This document shows positions 22,557 through 32,718 of a stretch of 42,799 nt of DNA, in pieces. Made by a program: the position numbers and the translations under genes. The notes under the pieces are model-generated. The model ran no database searches. It had not been told where the DNA came from and worked only from the letters and a program-made list of their open reading frames with translations. This DNA is from an uncultured Planctomycetaceae bacterium (lineage in GTDB: Bacteria; Planctomycetota; Planctomycetia; Isosphaerales; Isosphaeraceae), in assembly GCA_963803395.1 (NCBI GenBank), contig CAWDND010000098.1, positions 1-42,799 of the forward strand, read 5' to 3'. Each line of letters begins with the position of its first letter. Within the stretch, counting starts at the first letter, position 1.

Positions 22557-25345
22557 ATGATGTTTTCGGAGAGGCCGTCCACGAGAAAGCCCCGCTCTCG
22601 GGCCAAGGCAACCTCGACCAGCGATCCGGCGCGTTCCTCGATGGGGCTCCGGCTGTTCGACGGGTGCCTGATCGCCGCGTTCCTGGCGCTGACCTTCCTG
22701 CTCGGCGTCTTCCCGCTGAAGGACACCGACTTCTGGTGGCACCTCCGCACGGGCGACCTGATCCGCCAGACCGGCCAGGTCCCGAAGGCCGACCCCTACA
22801 CGTTCACCGTGCTCGACAGCCCCTGGATCGACCTGCACTGGGGTTTCCAGGTCGCGCTGAGCTGGGGGTACGCCCATGGTGGGGTCGTCGCGCTGAACCT
22901 GGCCAAGTGCGCGATCACCTGCGCGGCCTTCTTCTTGCTGATCACCGCCCGGAAACGCGAATGGCCCGTCTGGGCGGTCGTGCTCGCCTGGCTCCTCGCC
23001 TTGCTCGTCCTGGGCGGCCGGATCTACGTCCGGCCCGAGACGTTCTCGCTGCTCTCCATGTCGGGCTTCCTGGCCATCCTGTTTCGATGGGACCAATATC
23101 CCGCGCTGGCCTGGCTGCTCCCGGTGATCGAGGTCTTCTGGGTCAACTCGCACGGCCTGTTCGTGCTCGGGCCGATCATTCTGACGTTCGCCCTGAGCGA
23201 CGCCGCGCTCCGCCCGGGCTCGCTCGCCCCGGGGCGGAAGACCTGGTGGCGGATCGTCGCGCCGCCGATGGTGCTCACGGGCGTGGCGTGCCTGGTCAAT
23301 CCCTACGGGATCAAGGGGGCTCTATCCGCTCCAGCTCGCGCGGACGATGCGCAACCCGATCTTCACGACCAGCGACAGCCGGATCGCGGAGCTGACACCG
23401 ATTCCGGTCTTCATCCGTGAGGCCGGCTGGAGCAATCTGCCACTCCAACTGCACATGGCGACGATGGTCCTCGGCGCCCTGAGCTTCCTGGTCCCGATGC
23501 TCTGGCTCGCCGCCGTCCGGCTCCGGCCCGTCCCAGCAACGCCCAACCCCGATTTCGACCGCCCTCCGAGGAAGGCCAAGGCACCCAGGCGCTCGCAGAA
23601 ATCACGCACAACATCTCCGGCCGGGCACGAACCGACCTGGCAGCTTAGCCTGTTCCGGCTACTGCTCTTCGTGGCGTTCAGTGTCCTGAGCTTGCAGGCC
23701 ACGCGGAACAGCCATCAGTTCGCGGCCGTCGTGGGGACGGTCACGGCGTGGAACCTCGGCGAGTGGGCCGCCGCGGTCCTTCGCCGCCATGACACTCGCG
23801 GATTCCAGATGGCGCCCCGGCTCGCGACCCTCGGCGGCATCGCGCTCGTGTTCGTCCTCGTGGCCAGCGGCACCTTCTACAAGATAACCGGCGAGGGCCG
23901 GACGATCGGGCTCGGCGAGGAGCCGCTCTGGTATCCCCACGAGGCGGTCCGGTTCGCCGGCCGGCTCGGGATGCCCGAGCGCTTCCTCGCCTACCATATC
24001 GGGCACAACTCACTTTACGAGTATGAGCATGGCCCCGGGCGCAAGGTCTTCGCCGACGCCCGGCTCGAAGTCATCGGCGCCGACCTGTACGAGCGGTACA
24101 TGGAGCTGGAGCGTCGGATCACCTGGAACATCCCGGGTTGGGAGCGAGCGCTCGACGACCTGGGCCGGCCCGCCGTGCTGCTTGACAATGCCGCCCACGC
24201 GGCCGCAGGCGCGACCCTGATGGGCAGCCGGCACTGGCGGTGCGTCTGGTTCGATCCGGTGGCCGCGGTCTTCGTGCACGACACTTATACCGGAGTGGTC
24301 GAGACGCACGCCGTCGATTTCGCCTCGCGGCACTTCCGGCCCGAGCTGGCGACCGATCCTCAGGGAATCGCCGCGCTGGCGGCCTTGGCGAAAGCGGCGC
24401 GGAACTACGTCACCGCGATGGCGCCGATCCGGACCGATCTGAGACGGCCCCTGGTTCTGCTCGGCCTCGATTATGCCCGGCGGCTCCGGCATGCCGACCC
24501 CGACGGCGCCGACGGTTGGAAGCTGCTCGGCCAGATCGAATTCGCGCGCGAGCCTTCGGCCGGAGGGCCGGTCCCCCGATATCGCTTTGCCTTTGACGCG
24601 ATCTTCGACCTATCGATGGTCCGCGCGACCTACGCGCTGCGCCGCGCCGTGGAGGTGACCCCCGACGACTTTACGAGCCAATTGATGCTGGCGCAAGCCT
24701 TCCAGGAGCGGGGAATGGACGAGGCCGAACTGTCGGTGCTCGACGACCTGGTCCGGCTCCGCCCGATCAACCTCCTCCAGCGGCAGAGCCAGGTCGAGAA
24801 GGGCACACGCCGCGATCAGCTTCGAGCGCGGCTCGGGCCGCCGCCGCCCGGGTCCTGGGAGAACCTGAGCGCGCTCGATCGGATCAAGGACCGGCTGCTC
24901 GACGCCGGCCGCGTCGGCGCGGCCGCCGACCTCCTGGAGCGCCGCCTATCCCACCGAGCCCCGAGCGTGGGAAGTGACCGACCGTCTGGCGACCCTCCGC
25001 CTCCACCTGGGCGAGCCAGACCGCGCCCGGGCCCACTGGGAGAAGGCCGCCAACCCGCCCCGCCCGGCCGTCCGCGCGGCCCGGGTCGCGCTGACTCACT
25101 TCGTCGAAGGATCGTTCGATGCCGCGCGCCGGAGCTATCGCGCCGCCCTCACCATCGCGCCCGACCTCTTCGAGGCCCATTACGGCCTTGCCGTTCTGGC
25201 GCAAGACGAAGGCCGCGCCTCCGAGTCTCTGGCCGAGGCCCGCGAGGCCGCGGCCCACGCCCCCAACGACGTTGCCCGTTCCGCCGCGCAGGCCATCGCC
25301 TCGTTTGCCGCGCCTTACACCGGATCGTCAGAGGTGACGAAGTAA
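22557..25345 (+). CDS. large polytopic membrane protein with a C-terminal TPR domain (Planctomycete-type, function unknown), frameshifts near 23318 (G5 run) and ~24950
   Basis: N-terminal TM bundle with a conserved DTDFWWHLRTGD motif. Frame switch ...VNPYGIKGAL|YPLQLARTMRNPIFTTSD at aagggggct. C-terminal TPR-like ORF 24974..25345 continues after a second shift. Confidence 0.55.
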
Positions 25346-25656
25346 GGAATTCTCTACCATGAAGTGCCCTTGAGAGATTATTGGGCGGGGGTGGCCGCGC
25401 GCAAAGCGCCCCAAGATCGCGATCGCACAACGGGTCTCTCGATCCAGCACGAGACCTCTGGTCAGCGTGGCCTGGAGGAGCGATGGCCTTCGGAGAGGTC
25501 GGGTTCTCGAACGTCTCGCGGAGATGCGCTACCCGAGACATTGCGAGGCGCGGCATAATACAGGCTCTGAGGGCCGACCGCACTCGGCCTTGATTCCTCC
25601 TTCCTCTATTCATCTTTGAGGTGGGAATGCGCGGAGATGAGCGTGGAGGCGTGCCG

Positions 25657-26230
25657 ATGCCGATGTCGAGGTCGCGATGGGCGTTCGTCGGGATGTCGTG
25701 CGTGACCCTATGGGGGTGCCAGGAGCCGATCTTGATCATCCCGGCCGCACCGCCGGGAAGCGAGGGCATCCGCGCGCTCCCTTCCAACGAGAAGCAGCCC
25801 GAGGCGATCGGCGAGATGGCCAGACAATTGGCGGCCGTCGACAAACGGAAGGCCGGGTTCGGGCGTGCCGCTCCCGACCGCCAAGGGGGAGACCAAGACG
25901 ACCACATCGGGCGTGAAATACGAAACCCTGAAAGGAGGGGACGGGCCGGAGGCCAAGGTCGGCCAGAAGCTCCGGGTCCATTACACCGGGACGCTCGACA
26001 ACGGCGAAACCTTCGATAGATCGCACAAAAGTGGTCAACCGTACTCGTTCACTCTTGGCGTCGGAGACGTGATCCGGGGTTGGGACGAGGCCCTCCCTGG
26101 CATGAGGGTCGGTGAACTTCGGAGATTGACCGTCCCTCCGGAGGCCAACTCCGGTGCGCCGGCACAAGTGCCGAAGATCCCGCCCAATGCGACGCTGCAC
26201 TTCGACATCGAGCTGCTGGGCATCGAGTGA
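25657..26230 (+). CDS. FKBP-type peptidyl-prolyl cis-trans isomerase lipoprotein, frameshifted near 25860
   Basis: Lipoprotein signal MSRSRWAFVGMSCVTLWGC, then an FKBP domain VKYETLKGGDGPEAKVGQKLRVHYTGTLDNGETFDRS...PYSFTLGVGDVIRGWDEALPGMRVGELRRLTVPP...ATLHFDIELLGI. Confidence 0.8.
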
Positions 26231-26361
26231 GGCGGCCTTGGGGCGGTGATGGACGCGAGATGGCTGATGACAGGCGGCAGATGAAGACAGAGGAGAGCGA
26301 CTGGATCAACCCTCTGTCATCCGAGACCAGCATGGTCGACCTGTTTCTGCCGGAGTTCGCC

Positions 26362-26856
26362 TCAATAGTGGAACCCGTTTGACCGGATGTGTACGAACGG
26401 TTCGGCGTGGGGATGGAGGACGTTGCCGGCGACGATCCGGGCAAGGAAGATCTGGTGGTCGCCACTTGCGAGCTCGGCGACGACCTCAGTGTCGAGGAAT
26501 GCCAGCGCGGCGGCCAGGACAGGGCCGCCCTGCGCGTCGTGAAGCAGGGGGATGCCGACGAAAGCGGGACCGTCGGGCTCGAAGCCGCGGCTGAAGTGGC
26601 GGATCAGCGCCTTGCTGCCGGTCGCGAGCTGATTCAGCGTGAACTTGCGCGACGCCCGGATCCAGTCGGCGATGAATCGTTCGCGCTGGATCGCCATGGT
26701 CAGCATCGGCGGGTCGAACCCCGCCTGCTGCACCCAACTCGCGAGCAGGCCGGTCGAGCGGTCGCCGGCGTAGGCCGTCAAGATGTAGAGCCCGCTGGGG
26801 ATTCGGCCCAGTGCCTGGCTCAATCCGGTCATCTGAGGTCGAGACGGTTCCGCCAT
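26362..26856 (-). CDS. flavin reductase family protein (FMN-binding split barrel)
   Basis: GLYILTAYAGDRSTGLLASWVQQAGFDPPMLTMAI... and C-terminal ...HQIFLARIVAG are typical of the flavin reductase-like domain; start ATG at 26854-26856. Confidence 0.75.
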   Translation of the reverse strand: MAEPSRPQMTGLSQALGRIPSGLYILTAYAGDRSTGLLASWVQQAGFDPPMLTMAIQRERFIADWIRASRKFTLNQLATGSKALIRHFSRGFEPDGPAFVGIPLLHDAQGGPVLAAALAFLDTEVVAELASGDHQIFLARIVAGNVLHPHAEPFVHIRSNGFHY

Positions 26857-27057
26857 CGAGGTCAGCCTCCTGCGGGAAAACTGGTCCACGCGAAGGCGGC
26901 ATCGGAGGGATTGCCCCGACCGCCCACTTTGGATAAGTTTATTGAGATTCCGAATTCGCGCGACAATTTCGAAGGCGAATCGACTGAGGGGTCGCTCGCG
27001 GCCTCCGGACCGTGTCCCGACAGGCGGCCGTCGCTCCGAGACCAATCGAGGACGCGT

Positions 27058-27921
27058 ATGGCGAGCGAGTCAACTTCCCCCAAACTTTCCGGGATGCAAT
27101 TTCAGATTGTCAGGCCGCTGGGCAATGGGGCGGGCAGCACAATTCTCTTGATCAGGGATAAAGCGGCCGGGGGCAAGCGGTACGCCCTCAAGGTGGTGAA
27201 ACGGCAAAGTCCCGACGACGATGTCTACATCGCCCAGGCGCAGCTCGAGTTCGCAGTCTCGCAACGTCTGAATCATCCCACGATCATCAAGATCTATGAT
27301 ATCCGACTCAAGCGCTCGTTGTTCCGGGTCGCCGGGGTCGAGCTCCTGGAGGAATTTGTCGATGGCAAGACGCTCGACGAGATCGAGGCGCCGGAAATGG
27401 GCCAACTCGTGCTGATCTTCCGGAAAGTCTGTTCGGGGCTGAACCATATGCACCGTCGAGGCGTATATCACGGCGACCTGAAACCATCCAACATCATGCT
27501 GTCCCGGGCGGGCGAAGTCAAACTGATCGACTTCGGCACCGCCTGGATTCGCGGCCAGGAGAAGAACCGCGTTCAGGGGACTCCGCAATACATGGCGCCC
27601 GAGCAGCCGATCGAGCGGGTTGTGGACCAGCGCACCGATCATCTACAACTTCGGCGCCACGATGTACCGCATGTTCACCGGCCGCTACGCCCAGCAGGGG
27701 ATTTTGAGGCCGGACGAGGCGCCCGTGGCGCGCTGGTCCCCCCGATCGAGATCAACCCGAAGATCCCCGGCACCCTGAACGAGACGATCATGGCCTGCCT
27801 GGAGCTCGCCCCCGAGCGCCGGCCCGCGGGTGCCTTCGCGATCAAGCACCAGCTCAACGCGGTCGCCAAGTCCCTCGGACTCTCCAAGGGAGACCTCAAG
27901 GGTGCCGAGGACGAAGAGTGA
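27058..27921 (+). CDS. serine/threonine protein kinase (catalytic domain only), two frameshifts near 27640-27720
   Basis: Gly-rich loop LGNGAGSTI, VAIK-like YALKV, HRD-type catalytic loop YHGDLKPSNIML, DFG, APE (TPQYMAPEQ). Subdomain IX-X continues in the other frame (DIYNFGATMYRMFTG) and returns for the C-terminus. Confidence 0.85.
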   Translation: MASESTSPKLSGMQFQIVRPLGNGAGSTILLIRDKAAGGKRYALKVVKRQSPDDDVYIAQAQLEFAVSQRLNHPTIIKIYDIRLKRSLFRVAGVELLEEFVDGKTLDEIEAPEMGQLVLIFRKVCSGLNHMHRRGVYHGDLKPSNIMLSRAGEVKLIDFGTAWIRGQEKNRVQGTPQYMAPEQPIERVVDQRTDHLQLRRHDVPHVHRPLRPAGDFEAGRGARGALVPPIEINPKIPGTLNETIMACLELAPERRPAGAFAIKHQLNAVAKSLGLSKGDLKGAEDEE

Positions 27922-28067
27922 GGCGGGGGATTGCGCCCGGCTCTCCCTTCCAATACCATCCCCCAGCCGATCTTGCGAGTTCCCCACGGGGCGTCTACCA
28001 TGACAAGCCAACCTTCGTGGGGAGCGACGCCGCTTCGCACTGCTCGTCTTTGCCCGGCAAGGAGCCC

Positions 28068-29789
28068 ATGCAGTACAACCCCGCCAATCCGCTGATCGTG
28101 CAGGGCGACCGCACGATCCTGCTGGAAGTGGACAACCCGCTGCACGCCGAGGCCCGCGACGCCATCGCGCCCTTCGCCGAGCTGGAGAAGAGCCCCGAGC
28201 ACATCCACACCTACCGCCTGACGCCGCTCTCGCTCTGGAACGCCGCCGCGGCCGGGATGTCGGCCGACGCGATGGTCGAGGCCCTGGCGACCTACAGCAA
28301 GTTCCCGCTGCCCGCCGAACCTGCCGGCCGACCTCCGCGAGCTGGTCAGCCGCTACGGCCGCGTCCGCCTCCGCCGGATCGACGGCGAGCTCCGGCTGAT
28401 CACGCAGGACAAGGCCGCTGCTCGAGGAGCTGGCGCGGCAGAAGGGGGTCCGCGACTACCTGGGCGAGCGGATCGACGCGACCAGCTTCGCCATCGACGA
28501 CGCGCTACCGCGGCGTCCTCAAGCAGGCCCTGATCGCCGTCGGCTACCCGGCCGAGGACCTGGCCGGCTACACCGAGGGGGCCGCGCTGGCGGTCGGCGC
28601 TCCGCGAGGTCGCCCGCTCGGGCCATGCCGTTCCAGGTCCGCGACTACCAGCGGATGGCCGTCGACGCGTTCCACGCCGGCGGCGACGTCCGGGGCGGCT
28701 CGGGCGTCATCGTCCTGCCCTGCGGCGCGGGCAAGACGATCGTCGGCCTCGCCGCGATGGCGGCCCTGAAGAAGAGCACGCTGGTCCTGACCACCAGCAC
28801 CACCGCCGTCGAGCAGTGGCGGCGCGAGATCCTCGACAAGACCGACCTCGACGAGTCGCATGGTCGCGACCTACACCGGCGACTCGAAGGAGATCGCGCC
28901 GGTGACGCTGGCCACCTACCAGATCGTCACCTACCGGCCCAAGAAGGACGGCGACTTCCCCCACTTCAAGCTGTTCAACGAGCGCGACTGGGGCCTGATC
29001 ATCTACGACGAGGTCCACCTGCTGCCCGCGCCGGTCTTCCGGGTCACGGCCGAGATCCAGGCCCGCCGCCGGCTCGGCCTGACGGCCACCCTGGTCCGCG
29101 AGGACGGCCGCGAGGAGGACGTCTTCAGCCTGATCGGCCCCAAGAAGTACGACGTCCCCTGGCGCGTGCTGGAGTCGAAGGGCTGGATCGCCGAGGCGCA
29201 GTGCCACGAGGTCCGGCTTGGCCTGCCCGGCGAGGGCCGGATGGAATACGCCGTGGCCGAGTGGCGCGACAAGTTCCGCCTGGCCAGCGAGAACCCGGCC
29301 AAGGACGACCTGGTCGCGCTGCTTGCTCGACCAGCACGACGGCCCCGACGACCGCGTGCTGATCATCGGCCAGTACCTCAAGCAGCTCCGCCGGATCGCC
29401 GACGCGGTTCGACCTGCCGCTGATCACCGGCCAGACCTCGAACGCCGAGCGCGAGGACCTCTACGGCCGGTTCCGCCGCGGCGAGATCCGCCGGCTGGTC
29501 CTCTCGAAGGTCGGCAACTTCGCCATCGACCTGCCCGACGCCAACGTGATGATCCAGGTCTCGGGCACCTTCGGCAGCCGGCAGGAGGAGGCCCAGCGGC
29601 TCGGCCGCATCCTCCGGCCCAAGGAAGGCGAGGCGCCGGCCACGCTTCTACACCCTGGTGACCCGCGACACCCGCGAGATGGATTTCGCCCACCATCGCC
29701 AGCTCTTCCTGACCGAGCAGGGCTACAGCTACGAGATCCTCGACGAGTCCGACCTGATCGCCCGTGCCAAGGCCATCCGCTCCGGCTGA
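28068..29789 (+). CDS. XPB/ERCC3(Rad25)-type SF2 DNA helicase, at least 5 frameshifts across the gene
   Basis: XPB N-terminal domain (MQYNPANPLIVQGDRTILLEV...HTYRLTPLSLWNAAAAGMSADAMVEAL..., LRLITQDKAALLEELAR). Helicase motif I LPCGAGKT, motif II IIYDEVH, motif III GLTATLVRED, motif VI QEEAQRLGRILRP; the segments are spread over ORFs 27918, 28625, 28860, 29218 and 29546. Confidence 0.85.
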
Positions 29790-29945
29790 TCTCAGGAGGT
29801 GGGATCCAGAGCCTCTGCCACTCGGCTGCGTGAAACAGACCGATTTCTTTGCCTGGCAGCGCAGAGATGCGTTTCGCGCGGCCGACGAGTTCGCCGGCCT
29901 GGCGGATCGTCGGACCGGCGATGTGCGGCGCACGCCTTCGCCACG

Positions 29946-30194
29946 ATGGCTCGCCAGGGAGTTCGACCGATGCCTGCCCCTGCCGCGCGGATTCCCGTCA
30001 AGCTGCACAAGCAGGTGGCGCTGATCCGGACCGCCGAGCCGGTCTTGACCGAGGAGCTGCTGGCGCGGAAGACGCTGGCGCGGCTGATCGTGGGGCGGCT
30101 CTCCGAGACGGTCCTGCTGGTGCGCGCCGAGGAGGAGGAGGCGCTCCTCGACGAGCTGCGGCGGATGGGCCACACCCCCCGCGTCGTCCGCTGA
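29946..30194 (+). CDS. small protein resembling an XPB N-terminal-domain module
   Basis: MARQGVRPMPAPAARIPVKLHKQVALIRTAEPVLTEELLARKTLARLIVGRLSETVLLVRAEEEEALLDELRRMGHTP resembles the ...ELRLITQDKAALLEELAR... unit of the upstream XPB N-domain; the start is uncertain. Confidence 0.3.
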   Translation: MARQGVRPMPAPAARIPVKLHKQVALIRTAEPVLTEELLARKTLARLIVGRLSETVLLVRAEEEEALLDELRRMGHTPRVVR

Positions 30195-30207
30195 GGGTGA
30201 GGCGACG

Positions 30208-32590
30208 ATGTCCGACGCCGAGGACCTGAGCCACGAGCGACCCGACGCCGATCGGCCGAGCGCGCGGCGGCCGTCCGCGATCCGCCACTCGATCGCGTAT
30301 CAGGCGGCGCTCGGGCGCTACGAGGCGGGCCGGCTCGTCGAGATCTCCCGGGCGCTCGGGCTGGCCGAGCCGCCGGTCGAGGCCAGCCAGGCGCTGGCCG
30401 GCGCGATCGCCGAGCGGCTCGGCGAGCCCGGACCGTCGAGCGGCTGATCGGCCGCCTGGGGACGGGTCGCCCGGCTGGCGCTGGGCCTGTTCGCGCTGAC
30501 GGAGACCGCCGCCTGGCCGATGGCCGGCCTGTCCCATGCGCTGCGCGTGCCTGGGGGTCGACCTGCGCCGGCGGTCCGGCCGCTGCTCGAACTCGGCCTG
30601 CTGGCGCTCTGGTCGGGGTCCGACGGACGCGCCGGTCTCCGACCCGAGCGGCCGCTCGCCGAGGCGGCGAGCCGGGCCGCGGCGACCGTCTGCTCGCCCA
30701 TCCCGGCGGCGATGGCCGCCGCGCGGACCGTGCTCCCCGAGGGGGACTGCCCCGCCATCGCGGGGCCGGTGCGGCAGGTCCGCGAGACCGACGGCCTGGA
30801 GCCGATCCTCCGGCTGGCCGCGCGTCTGGCAGCGGGTCGATGAGGCGCCGCTGCGCCAGACCCAGCAGGGGACGCTCTACAAGCGCGACCGCGACCGGCT
30901 CGAGGACGACCCGGTGCTCGCCGGGCCGATCGCCGACGCGCTCGAGCCGCTGCCCGACATGGCCGCGCTCTGGCTGGCGCCTGGCGCGCGGGGTCGGCCT
31001 GATCGAGCGCCGAGCCCGGGAGCGACCGGATCGTCGGCCGCCCGGCCCGAGTTCTGGGCCGAGAACGCGATCCACCTGCCCCAGATGATCGCCACCCGCT
31101 GGCTGGCGCCTGCGGACCTGGCACGAGCAGGGGGGGATGCAGCAGGAGGGCAGCACGGTCGAGCTGGCCCTGCCGTTCGTCCGGCCCGCGGTCCTGCTCT
31201 GGCTGGCGACGCTCGGCCGAGGACGAATGGGTCGCACTCGACGACCTGGCCGCGCACCTGCGCGGCCTCGCCCCCGACTGGGACCGCGCCGACGCTTCCT
31301 GCGAGCCCGTCGACCCTCGGCAACCGCCGCCCCGGTCGAGACGCCGTCGCGAAGCAAGGCGGAGGGCCGGACGGCCCGAGAGGCGCTCCGAGCACCGCGG
31401 TGCTCGAGGCCCTCTTGCTCGGCGCCGCCTACCAGCTCGGCCTGGTCCGCGACGGCGGAGGAGGCTCCGAGCGGCCGCCGGGTCGTTCAGCTCTCGCCCC
31501 TGGGCCGCTACGTCCTGGCGCTCGGGCCGCCCCCGCCCCCTCGGCCCAGCCTTCGAACACTTCCTCTTCGTCCAGCCGAACTTCGAGATCATCGCCTATC
31601 GCCAGGGGCTGACCCCGGCGCTGATCGGCCAGTTCAGCCGGTTCGCGCGGTGGTCGCAGGTCGGCGCGGCGCTGGAGCTGAAGCTGACGCCCGAGTCGGT
31701 CTACCGCGGCCTGGAAGGGGGCCTGACGCCCGCAGGCGATGCTCGACCGCCTGGCGCGGCACAGCTCGCGGCCCCTTGCCGGCCGGCGTGGCCGAGGCGC
31801 TGCGGACCTGGGCCGGCCGCCGCGACCGCGTGACCTATCACGCCTCGGCCACGCTGATCGAGTTCGCCACGCCGCGCCGACCTGGAGCAGGCCCTGGCGC
31901 TCTGGCCGGCGACCAGCCGCGTGCTCCCGTGCCGGTCTCGGACCGGCTTCCTGCTCGTCGAGGACGAGTCGGCGATCCCTTTCCAGCGGTTCCGGCTGGC
32001 GGGCTCGCGCGACTACCGCCGCGCCCCCGAGGCGTGCCTCGAGGTCGAGCCCGACGGCGTGACGCTGGCGCTCGACCTGGGCCGCTCCGACCTGCTGGTC
32101 GATGCCGAGCTGGCCCGGTTCGCCGACGAGCTGCCGCGGGAGCCGCGCCCGGGGCGACACCCGGCAACCCGACGCGGCGGTTCCGGATCACTCCGGCGTC
32201 GCTCGCCCGCGGGGTCGAGAACGGCCTGTCGCTGGCGGTCCTGCTCGCACTGGTATCGTGAAGCGGACCGGCGCCGAGATCCCGCCCGCCGTTCGGCTGC
32301 TGCTCCTGGCGGCGCCGTCGCGCGTGCCGCCCGCTGGCGACCCGCCGCCCGATCATCCTGCACGCCCCCTCGGCCGAGTTGCTCGACGGCCTGCTCCAGC
32401 ACCCCGCCACCCGGGGCCACCTGGGCGAGCGGCTCGGCCCGACCGCCGTCATCATCCCCGATGACGCGCTGCCCCCTTGCGCCGGCGCTCGAGAGTTCGG
32501 CCTGAGACTGGTCGATCCCGATGCCTCTGAGCCTCCCGGCGGATCGGATCGTCCGCTCAATCTCGGCCCGCCGCCGCGGTCCCGCCGCGG
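30208..32590 (+). CDS. XPB-linked large conserved protein with repeated XPB-N-terminal-like (helicase-associated) modules, many frameshifts; boundaries approximate and possibly more than one gene
   Basis: Coherent segments across three frames: MSDAEDLSHE...AIAERLGEP; LALGLFALTETAAWPMAGLSHALRV...DGLEPILRLAARL; VDEAPLRQTQQGTLYKRDRDRLEDDPVLAGPIADALEPLPDMAALWLA; DEWVALDDLAAHLRGLAPDW; FEHFLFVQPNFEIIAYRQGLTPALIGQFSRFARWSQVGAALELKLTPESVYRGLEGGLTPA; VAEALRTWAGRRDRVTYHASATLIEFATP; GFLLVEDESAIPFQRFRLAGSRDYRRAPEACLEVEPDGVTLALD; ITPASLARGVENGLSLAVLLAL; IILHAPSAELLDGLLQHPATRGHLGERLGPTAVIIPDDALP. Confidence 0.45.
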
Positions 32591-32718
32591 TTCGGGGTCC
32601 TCTCCATGAGGCCGGGCCCGGCGCGACGAGGCCGACCTTCGGTGGCCCCTCGGATGGTCCGCGCCGCGTCCGGCTCGCCCGTCCATCTTTCTTCTCTCGG
32701 AGCCCTCGTGAATTACCG

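Noticed and set aside
26389-27057. 5' half of the 510-aa + ORF 26389..27921, upstream of the kinase start
   Set aside because: This portion is antisense to the flavin reductase gene (26362..26856, minus). The kinase catalytic domain begins at the internal ATG at 27058, with an appropriate N-terminal Gly-rich loop shortly after.
27675-28208. 177-aa minus-strand ORF between the kinase and XPB genes
   Set aside because: It overlaps the kinase 3' end and the XPB 5' end, and it is low complexity with no motifs.
29792-31357. 521-aa and 424-aa minus-strand ORFs (29792..31357, 30318..31592) and the 374-aa + ORF 31137..32261
   Set aside because: They are extremely Arg/Pro/Ala-rich with no motifs. 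They overlap the + strand XPB-partner region, whose segments show coherent protein-like sequence. They are GC-rich frame artefacts.
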